Shown here one piece after another: positions 9,386-18,964 of a DNA stretch of 20,000 bases (its first letter is position 1; every line of letters starts with the position of its first letter). The position numbers and the translations under genes are program-made. The notes under the pieces were generated by a model. That model was not told where the DNA came from. It worked only from the letters and a program-made list of their open reading frames with translations, and did no database searches. This stretch comes from Peribolospora baueri (taxonomy: Eukaryota). The stretch covers positions 181,234 to 201,233 of the forward strand of contig JAMDHS010000036.1 of the NCBI GenBank assembly GCA_029717555.1, read 5' to 3'.

Positions 9386-11945
9386 TCATCGCCGCCGCAG
9401 AACAGTGACGCCTTCGACGTGCGCCGTCTGAGGGAACAAGTCCATGCCCACGATCGATTCGATCGAGTACGCTTCCTCGCTCCTTCGCACCAGGTAGCCC
9501 ACATCCTGCATCGTCACAGCAGACGAGACGAAGAAAAAAAAAAGCACACAGACGCGAGGGCGTTAGCTTCCCAACCCCAGACCGCCGTAAGGGGTGAGGG
9601 CCACGCCTCCCATCGTCCGTCGCGCGACTCACCCGAGCGCAGGTGTGAACATTGCAGCTCACGTAGACAATCGACTTTGGTCGCAGCCGGAGGAGTTGCG
9701 AGAGGAATGCTTCGTCCGATCCTCTTCGCGGTGGGTCGATGATCACCGTCGTTTGATCCGGCGGGTAAGGGATGGACTGTGTGGACCCGACCGACAGCAA
9801 GGAAGAAGGGACGCCCCTAGTCAGCCGCCGTTCCTCCGCGAGGCGACGAGGACGACGACCCTGGCCTTCGACTCACCGCAAAGATATCCTCCGCCTTTCC
9901 CGCAATGAACCGTGCGTTGCTGATCCCGTTCAGCTCCGCATTCCTTGTCGCGAACCGCACGGAGTCCGCGCTGATCTCCACCCCGGCCACTTCTTCGAAG
10001 CGTGACGCTAGCGTGAGCGAGAAGAGGCCTGAGCCGCAGTCTGAGAACGGCCAAAGGGTCGAGTCGCGGCGCGTCAGACGTCCGTCCATCTCTCTTTCCA
10101 AAGAACAAGCTCGAATGAGCAAGCAAAGAAAAAAACCACTCACAAGCGTCGACTAGATATTGTGGAAGCGAGTCGGGAGAGGCCCGCACCTGCGCGCCCA
10201 CGTAGTCGGTCAGAGGACCGAGGATGGAACGGTTGTTTTGGAAGAAGGCGCCTGACCACCCCAAAAAGCGATTAAAAAACAGTCAGGAACGTCTACGCAA
10301 TCCCGTCTGCCCTTGCTCAAGTTACCACATGCACTTTCCACTCACCTGCAGGTGACTCGAACTTGACCCCCCCGACGCGCTCCTTCACCGTAGCCTTGTG
10401 GTCCGTAATGCAAACGCTCGGCACCTCCAACTCGAGCCGCTCGCCCTCCTGATGCTCCGCAGGCTCATCATGCGAAGCGAGCGAGTCTCGGAGCAGGAGG
10501 GTCGCCCCACGCTTGTACGACCCGATCGTCTTACGCACCCGTTCTCGCTCTACTGGCATGGCCTCGTTGAGCGTCTCCGTGCCGATCGCGCATTCCTGTA
10601 AAGTGGCCGGGGAGCGAGTCGGGTTAGACGTTACAAACATGTGTGAATCCTGGCACTGCAGGTAAGGGGACGGCGGCCTCACCTCAATGTCCATCACCCT
10701 CTTCGTCGCCCTCCTATCGAAGCCGATCTCCACCGCTCGCGCCATCTCTTCAGGAGAAGCATTCTTCTTATTCTCGAGCCTCGGAAGTTGAAAATGAGGT
10801 GTCAGCTTGGTCCGATAGCCGTATTGTTTCGGGCTGGGAATGGTAGGAAGGACGGCGGGAAGCAGGGAGGCGTCCAGGCCCGAGTAGTTGGCGAACGCTT
10901 TCGTGACGACGGATTGCTTGATGCGCAGCTGTTCTTCGTATGAAATCATCTGTATCATGGACACACCGTTCCGCCGGTGTGAGCCATCCTGCACCTCCTT
11001 CTCAAACCGTGTCCACGCGCTGCACCACGTCTCACCTGGTACTGACAGCCCGAGCACTGTCCGAAGTATTTGCACTTGACCAGGTTATCGTCTCGCAAGT
11101 TCCCTTCCCCAGCCGGCCGGACGAGCCCAAGAAACTCGGCTCGAGCGTGGAGACGCTCGCTGGCAATGACCTTGCAGCGCACTCGTTCGCCAGGAAGACA
11201 GAAGGGGATGGCGAGTATCCAGTCTCCCGTCGGTCCTACGGCCAAGCCGTCGCCTGCGTGCGGGCCAGGGCCGGCGGGCAAGTTTGACAAAGACGAAAAT
11301 TGAGACACTCGCTAACATTCCGAACGAGCAAGCGGTTACGAACAGGTTCTCACCATGCGCGGTCAATCCGACCACCTCGACCTCGCCCTCCCACCCCACC
11401 TCCATCCGCTCGTCCCAGTCCTTCCCTTCTCGCACCATCTCATCCACCTTCTCCTTCCCCAGCAACGACACGATCTCGAACCATATCGGGTCCTCCCCCA
11501 TCTTCTTCAGCGACTCCTCGTGCGCCTTCTTTAGCGCCTTGACCCTCTTGACCCGCCATTTCGCTCTTTTCGCGTCTCCCCTGTTTCCTGCCCCTTGCCG
11601 AGCCTTATCTGGCTGACCGTGGATGGAAGGCCGCTCGACGGTTGTGGCCGAAGGCCTCGCTGGGCTCGCTGGAGCGTCGCTGCTATTAACAAAGGCATCA
11701 TCTCCAGCAACAGGAAGAGCGCTCTTGGTCGCCTCTGGAGAGCTGTACCCTTGAGGTTCCGATGGACCGAGCTTGAGCCGCTTCGCCGGCGGCGAGGCGC
11801 CAGCACCGCGGGCTCGGGGCGGCGAGCGCATGGTCGTGAAGAGAGCCAGTGGGACGGGTGATGCAAACGGCTGGAGCGAAATGGCCGTCCGGTACTGAAA
11901 GCGAATACGAAGAAATGCTGAGCCGCTCGCCACGCACCTCAGCAT
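9386..11945 (-). CDS. TRM2: tRNA (uracil-5-)-methyltransferase Trm2 (TrmA/RlmD family), 8 exons; 620 aa from ATG 11945 or 582 aa from ATG 11831
   Basis: Exons (minus): 11945/11831-11354, 11253-11036, 10949-10683, 10595-10346, 10251-10144, 10040-9877, 9776-9633, 9505-9386; phases consistent. Motifs: TRAM-like start (GDGLA..PFCLPGERV), CKYFGQCSGCQYQ, YGYRTKLTPHF, FFQNN, SAM motif LVDAYCGSGLF, IIDPPRRG, catalytic YVSCN, DLFPQTAHVE. The start codon is uncertain. Confidence 0.95.
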
Positions 11946-12190
11946 ATGTGCCGGGACGGAATGGGTGATCTCCAGAAAATAAATGCTCATATCCTGTATG
12001 GGACCGCCTTCGCGAAGGATTGCAGCAGCCGCCTAAATCCGCCTCTGAGCGCGTACTAGCGTCGCATCCGTCTCGCGACCACAGAGTTCGCCTCCTTTCG
12101 ACCCGACACCATCACCGTTCTCTGACCGCCGTCGGTTTGTCGCTTCAAGCTCCCGGGCCGTCAAGTGCCTCTAGGAACTGACACCCCATC
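11946..12190. promoter_or_regulatory. Short divergent (bidirectional) promoter region between TRM2 and PRP5
   Basis: Head-to-head start codons only 245 nt apart (359 nt if TRM2 starts at 11831). Inferred from gene geometry. Confidence 0.7.
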
Positions 12191-15100
12191 ATGGGAAGTG
12201 TGAGATCTCCACGCAGACGCTCGCCCTCGCCCGACGATGCGTACTCTTCCAAACGCCGTAAGCATCACTCTTCCTATAGCGCCACTGGAGGGCACAGCAG
12301 CGCTCGAGATCCGTCACCGACGAGGCGCCATCATGATTCTCCTTCTACGTCCTCAAGGGCCGATGCGGATAGGCACAGAGGAGACAGGAGGGATGCCCAC
12401 AGGGACAGGGAACGGGAACGGGAACGGGAGCGCGAGAGGGAGAGGGAGAGGGAGCACCACGACCGGCGGTCGAGCTGGAGAGATCGGAGTGCGGAGAGGA
12501 ACAGGGAGCGTCCGCATGGCAGGGACAGGTTGAACAGTCGATTTGACCGGACGAGAGACGACGTGCGACCACGCGACCGTCCTCGAAGTCCTGAACTACC
12601 GCCTCCCTCGCCGGCGGCTACCAACGGCGCCACTGGCGTCCAAGCCGTGGCCGATGAGTCGAGGCGTGGTGTCGCCCCGAACTCTGACAGTTCTCTGTGC
12701 GCCCCCGTATCCACAGCATCTACGTCGAACGCGGCGACGGGGTCTTCCACCGCTAAGGCCACCGTCTCGGCTTCGTCCGCAGCTTCAGCGTCGAAGCAAG
12801 ACGAAGCGTTGACCGAGGAGGAGAAGAAGAAGAAAGCCAAGCGGGAGAGGCTGGAGGCATGGAAGAAGGCGCAGGAGGCCAAAAAGGCGCTAGAGGAGGC
12901 CAGGGCTCGCGCTCAGAGCGTTGCCGCTCAGTTTTCTGGCAGGGCCACCGATGGAGCCGGAACGGCGGGGGCTACAGGTGAGTGGCTCGCGTTCCATCAC
13001 AATGCTTGCGTAAAACCAGCGAAGGCATGTCAAAATTTACCTTTTACATTATGTTCGTGTCTCTTGCAGGTCTTCCGAGCAAGCCCGGCGAGGCTCCGAC
13101 GTCGATCAAGGCGACCGGCCTCAAGACGACAGCCCGAACTGACTTCCTCAAACGTCGCACCGGCTCGGCTGCAGCGATGGATGACACAGCCGAGCCCACG
13201 CGCAAGCTCACTAAGCTTTCGCTCCCGCCCGTCGATCCCCTCCTCAAGCCTGGGTCAGGGGGCGAAGTGGGCAATGCGAGCGACCTGGAAGGAGAAGATG
13301 AAGAGGAAGATGACCCCATGGCTGGCCTCGCCGCCCTCAATGATGACGATAAGATGGAGGAGGATGAGATAGATCCGCTTGACGCATACATGAACGGCAT
13401 CCAAGACGAAGTCAAGAAGGTTAACGAGGCCGATAAGGTCAGGTTCGGCAAAGCTGGTAATACCAAGGAGGTCGTGGGGAGGGACGAGGGCGAAGCAGAT
13501 AAGGAGGAAGAGGCTCCGGAGATCGACGAGTTGGATAAGGTCGGGATGAAGGCTGAGGATATCCTAGCGTGAGTCGGCTGAGCCGCATGTCCCTCCCGGT
13601 GTCGTCGAACACTGTTACTAATCCATACCGGTTCGCACCTTCCAGGCTGGCCGCGAAGAGGATTAAGAAGAAAGAATTGGCCGCTGTGGATCACTCCAAG
13701 GTCGACTACGAACCCTTCCATAAGGCATTCTATCACCCGCCACCGGAGGTCAGCGATATGACCGACGACCAAGCCGCGGTACTTCGTCTCGAGATGGATG
13801 CTATCACCACACGCGGCAAGGAGCCGCCGAAGCCCATAACGAAGTGGAGTCATTGCGGTTTGCCGGCCAGCTGGTGAGTCTCGCGTCATTAGCTTTTTGG
13901 CAGTCGTTTTCTGAGCGATAGCTTGACCGCTCGTTATTGCCATCGTCCTCAGCCTCGATGTGATCAAGCGGAATGGCTGGGAGAAGCCGACGTCGATCCA
14001 AGCACAGGCCATCCCCGCCATCATGTCTGGCCGCGACGTTATCGGCGTCGCCAAAACGGGCTCGGGAAAGACCATTGCGTTCCTGTTACCCATGCTTCGT
14101 CACATCAAGGACCAGCGTCCTCTGGACAGTCAGGAAGGCCCGATCGCCATGATCATGACGCCGACACGCGAGCTTGCTGTGCAGATTCATAGGGACTGTA
14201 AGCCGTTTTCCAAGGTCCTCGGATTGCGGGTGAGCACATCTCTGGACGTTTTACAACATGCTCTCGAGACTTGATAAATGTCTGACTTTGATTTGGCTCT
14301 TCTTTCCTCATCTCTTCGCAGGCTGTATGCGCGTACGGTGGCTCTCCAATCTCGGAACAAATCGCAGACATGAAGCGGACGGCTGAGATCGTGGTGTGCA
14401 CGCCCGGTCGAATGATCGACCTTTTAACGGCCAACTCGGGTCGGGTGACCAACCTTCGTCGGGTGACTTACATGGTCCTAGACGAGGCGGATCGTATGTT
14501 CGACATGGGCTTCGAGCCGCAGGTCATGAAAATTATCAACAACGTCCGGCCAGACCGCCAGACCGTCATGTTCTCAGCAACGTTTCCCCGCCAGATGGAA
14601 GGCTTGGCTAGGAAGCTGTTGCGTCACAAGCCTTTGGAGATCACCGTCGGCGGACGGAGCGTCGTCGCGGCAGAGATCGAGCAGATCGTGGAGGTGCGGG
14701 AGGAGGAGACCAAGTTCAACCGTCTGCTGGAGATCTTGGGCCAGACGTATAACGAGGACGAGGACGCCCGCACTCTCATCTTCGTTGACCGTCAAGAGGC
14801 CGCCGACAACCTGCTTCGCGACCTCATGCGCAAGGGATATCCATGCATGAGTTTGCACGGCGGTAAGGACCAGGTGGACCGAGACTCGACCATTTCCGAT
14901 TTCAAGGCCGGCATAGTTCCCATCCTGACGGCCACGTCCGTCGCAGCACGTGGGCTGGACGTAAAGCAGCTCAAGCTCGTCATCAACTACGATGCACCGA
15001 ATCACCTGGAGGACTACGTCCACAGGGCTGGACGCACGGGTCGTGCTGGGAACAAAGGCACGTGCGTCACGTTCATCACCCCCGAGCAGGAGCGCTACTC

Positions 15101-16124
15101 GCTGGATATCCTCAAAGCTCTCACCGCTAGTGGGGCCGTGGTACCGCCCGAGCTCATGGCGATGACTGAAGGTGAGTTAATACCCCGAGAGGACGTTCGT
15201 CAATGAGTGCATTTGCTGACCGACCTCGCGTGTCTTTGCCTTGGGTTTGTAGCGTTCAAGGAGAAGGTGAAGGCTGGCAAAGCTCATCAGGCCGGTTCCG
15301 GTTTCGGTGGCAAGGGCCTGGAGCGCCTGGAGAAGGACCGCGACGCCACGCTCAGGGCGCAACGTTCGGCGTATGGCGAGGGTGGAGAAGATGAGAAGGA
15401 GGAACAAGCGGAGGTGACGCAAGGCCTGGACGACATCGTCGTGCAAAAGGGCCGTGCGCCAGCCGATGCCGAGCTTGGCAAGATCAACGACCTGAAGGTC
15501 GAGATCAAGAAGGGCGCCGCGCCCGAGTCGGTGAAGAATGACAAGGCGAAGGCGCAAAACTCGGCGACGAACAACGCGGCTCTCGCTGCGCTCGAGGCGG
15601 CCAAGGCGGCGGCGGAGAAAGCCGGCGTGGCTTCGGTGGACGTGAACAAGGCACAGAGTGTACTGGCCAAGCTGAACGCGGACCTGCAGCGCATGAAGGC
15701 GGCCAAAGCAGCCGAGGCGGCGGGCGGGGCATCAGGCGAGGAGCGGGAGCGGGAGCGGGAGCAACAGCAGCTGCGCAAGCCTCGAGATCCGGACGCAACA
15801 GACTATCACGCCATCGTGCCGATCAACGACTTCCCGCAAAAGGCGAGGTGGCGAGTGACGAACAAGGAGACGATGGTGCACCTCATCGACCTCACCGGCG
15901 CTTCCGTCACGCTCAAGGGTGTCTTCTACGCTGCGGGCAAGGAACCCGGTGCGGAGGACCCGCCGAAGCTGCAGCTGCTCATCGAGAGCAACGACGAGCA
16001 CCGAGTGGAGCACACCGTGCGGGAGATCAAGCGGATGCTCATCGAGGCCACTCAGGCGGCGCTTGAGGCCGAACAGAGGAACCCTGGGGGTTCGGGGGCG
16101 CCGGGTCGATACAGCGTCGTGTAG
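12191..16124 (+). CDS. PRP5: Pre-mRNA-processing DEAD-box RNA helicase Prp5 (DDX46), ~1170 aa, 6 exons
   Basis: Exons: 12191-12977, 13070-13568, 13646-13873, 13953-14229, 14322-15171, 15253-16124; total 3513 nt in frame. RS/RD/RE-rich N-terminus, ERLEAWKK, the Prp5-specific DPLD motif (EIDPLDAYM), Q motif [50 protein letters not shown] and the C-terminal [10 protein letters not shown] domain. Confidence 0.96.
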
Positions 16125-16523
16125 ACGTTCAAGCTTGGCCGGGCGACGTGTGGCGTTCGTTGGGGGGGGAGGCTCCGGTTCCCTTCTGTACGATAGCGTG
16201 AATGGCGAGCGCTCCGACTTGGGCGAGGTGTCGTCGCCGTGTCTAGGTAGAACGCTCCATTTGGGTTTGGTGTTTTTTTTTGGAGTCAGATTAGCAATTT
16301 GACATGGCCAGCATAGCTTATCCCGCCCGCATCGCATCGTCTTCCCGTCAGTCGTCCCACAGGTTTTTTTTCACAGACCGGAGATGGCGGGGGTATCTCA
16401 AAGACGAAGAAAAGAAGCCAGTTCCGCTTCTTCTTCTCCTCGCCACCGCGCTTGGGATCCTTCACGAGCGAGTGAGAGGGGGAGCGTCGAAGCGATATAT
16501 AACATATATATACAAGTGTGCCC

Positions 16524-16543
16524 CCTGCGCGCACGCGCGCAGG
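16524..16543 (-). other. Helitron 3' subterminal GC-rich hairpin (rolling-circle termination signal)
   Basis: Perfect 9-bp inverted repeat CCTGCGCGC-ac-GCGCGCAGG, followed on the minus strand by GGGCACACTTG and then host T. Confidence 0.85.
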
Positions 16544-16608
16544 TGCCCCGTACTTGCTCCGTGCGAAAGTTCGCCCGCTTTAACAGTTTTAAGGATTAAG
16601 GAAGTAGA

Positions 16609-17211
16609 TTCGCCCCGACCGATCGGCTCCGCCACGCCCATCTCCATCCTGATTTCTTCCAGGGACGCGGCACCCTGACCCCCTGCAATCGCCAGGTGGA
16701 TGATCTGAACGCTGACCTGCTGCAGCATATGGACTGCCTAACCCTGTCATTTGACTCGCATGATTCGGCTGACCTGAATTCGAACGCGGCCGGTCGAGTC
16801 GAGTTGACCGCCGAATTCCTCGCCAGCATCAAGGTGCCGAGCCTGCCGCTGGCCCATCTGAAGCTCCGCATCGGCGCCCCGGTCATCCTGATGCGAAATC
16901 TCGATCAGAATCAGGGCCTCTGCAATGGCACCCGCGTGACGGTCGTACTCACCGCCCGCCACTGCATCGAGGTGCGCCTGAACGGCGGCGAATTCGACGG
17001 CCAGCATCGTCTAATCTATCGATGCAAGCTCTCTCGGCCACTGACGGGCTGTTCTTCGAATTAACCCGGCTCCAATTTCCCCTACGATTAGCATTTGCTA
17101 TGACCATCAACAAATCGCAGGGCCAGTCGTTGCGCCACGTTGCGGTCGACCTCCGAAGCCCAGTCTTCACCCATGGGCAGCTGTATGTTGCATTATCCAG
17201 GACCACTGATG
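16609..17211 (+). pseudogene. Helitron PIF1/RecD-like (SF1B) helicase C-terminal fragment, inverted relative to the element
   Basis: Reads [47 protein letters not shown], then a frameshift at ~17031, then [43 protein letters not shown]. No Walker A/B and no authentic start or stop. Confidence 0.92.
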
Positions 17212-18964
17212 ATCTCGTCGATTCGCTCGACCGTGTCGAATTGCGCATCGGCGGCCAGGAAGAGCAGGAAGTGCATATGTGGCATGCCTCGCTTGTGGTA
17301 TTCGACTGTGTAGACGTGCGCCACTGGCTGTCCGAATATGCCATCCGACCGCACCTCATCCATGAAAACCGGCTTCTTTAGCCGGGAAGACACGCGCCAC
17401 CAAATCAGGCCGATCTCGCCAGGTCTGGACCAGGACGCCATCGTCGTCGGTCAGCAGCTCCCGTGTGATCTCATCCCACTGCAGATTCGAAGTAAATGTG
17501 ATGAAAAGCGACGGTCAGCCGAAATGGCGCACGATAGCCATCGAATCCTGATAGAGCTTCTGCATGAATCGGTCCCCACCGGTGAACGTGGCCCGGCAGG
17601 ATGACATGGCGGCCCACCTGGTCGGCTGACGCACCGTCGTCGCGAAATGCACGGCGTGCGTGATGGTACTGATCGGCCCGTAATCGGCCCTGCTGGAATC
17701 GGAGGAATCGCAGATCCAATTGCTCTGCAATAGCCCAGACGTCAATGATGTACTGCTGGAAGAGTTGACGGCCATAGAAGAGGGCTTGGAAGGTGTGTTG
17801 GCGGCGGTGGAGATGGTATCGAAAGAACATTCGGGCGGAGATAGAGAGGTTTCGTCGAACAGTTCCGCGAAGGGTAGTGCCTGTCAGTTCCAAACCATTG
17901 TGATGTCCACAGCCACAAAGCAGGTAGAACAGCACATAATGCAGTGGCAGATAGAGCCGCATGATCGACCTGGATAGAAGTTAGGAAATGCTCCCGATTC
18001 GTAACGACTGAAAGGCCTGTTAGTACGTCCGTAGTCGAATGGTCTGGGGCGTGGCGTATGTAGAGGCGAATGTCACGATAACTGGGTCGATCGTATTCGG
18101 CAGCCGATCTGGGGAATAAAGGCAGCCAGCTGTTCGTTCACGGTGGGGAGATCGTAGCGGCGCTGGTCCTGTCGTTCATCCACGATTAGAGCGCAGCTGT
18201 GGGCTCAAACGGAGATGCCAAAGTGCCGTATGCTGGTCCAGGACCACCCGCGCCTGGAAGAACATTCGGTGAAAGGGATTATGGCCTCGAAGGAGCCCAT
18301 CCAGCATCTGTAGCAGTCCCCGGAGGTCCGGATCCGCAGCGATCGAGGGATGGTGTTCCAGTCGGATTTGGTTCGCCTCATTCGGTTCCAGGAAGTACAG
18401 CTGCCCGTGGCCAGGCATGGCGCCTCGGAGCGGGCCCTGGAGATGGTAGATGGCGCCCTGCAGCTGGAAGATGTAGTTGAATTCCTGCGGCCGCAGCCGG
18501 GGGTCGGACGTGTAGGCGATGGAAGTGTAGGACAGCGCCGTGTTCAACGGCCGAATGTGGGCGCGAAACCGCCGCGCCAGCGCCGAATTCGAGGCGAAGA
18601 GGTCCTGCACGGTCGGCGGAGGGGTGGGCAATGGATCCAGGGTGACCGATCCGTTCGAGAGCATGGATAGGAGGCCGATCGACCGCCAGGCACGGGTCGA
18701 AGCTCATGCTCCCAGTGCAGCGCTGCGCAGGACGGGAATTCGATCGCGTCATTCGGCCCAGCTCCAGCGGATTCTAGCGGTGCAAGGATGAGTTATATGC
18801 CAGTGGCAACCGCGCCGTCTGTCGGTTTCACCATGACGCTGTCGAACGCGCTGGCACGCATCACATCGGGTTCGATGGCCATCGGATCGGTCCAGCGGGA
18901 CGACCGCACCGCAGCGCTGGCAGGCCCGTATAAGGTGTTGCTGATGATAAGCTGCCGACACCAC
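17204..18964 (-). pseudogene. Helitron RepHel N-terminal half (Zn motifs, helitron_like_N, HUH Rep motifs 1-2), frameshifted and truncated
   Basis: Across frames: LGRM..PSCAALHW..YPC/SNGSVTLDPLPTPP, FRAHIRPLNTALSYTS, FQLQGAIYHLQGPL, GQLYF, DQRRYDLPT, YLPLHYVLF, RQLFQQYIIDVWA..LRADQY, GRHVILP/ATFTGGDRFMQKLYQDSMAIVRHFG*PSLFITFT (motif 1, 17491-17505), [25 protein letters not shown] (HUH, 17271-17279), IDEIIS. Motif 3 (YxxKY) is absent. Confidence 0.92.

Noticed and set aside
6807..9431. Cys-rich or repetitive ORFs in the SSN6-TRM2 interval (e.g. CPCPCP, TDRQTDRQ, VCLSVCLS)
   Set aside because: Translations of microsatellites with no splice-supported coding structure, so not metallothionein or peptide-precursor genes.
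13044..14093. 349-aa antisense ORF across PRP5
   Set aside because: Typical antisense mirror of a codon-biased gene with no independent motifs. Running through two short introns is plausible by chance at this GC.
16696..17381. Stand-alone host PIF1 helicase gene
   Set aside because: Lacks Walker A/B, is frameshifted, and its apparent C-terminus beyond 17211 is antisense Rep. It lies inside Helitron termini.
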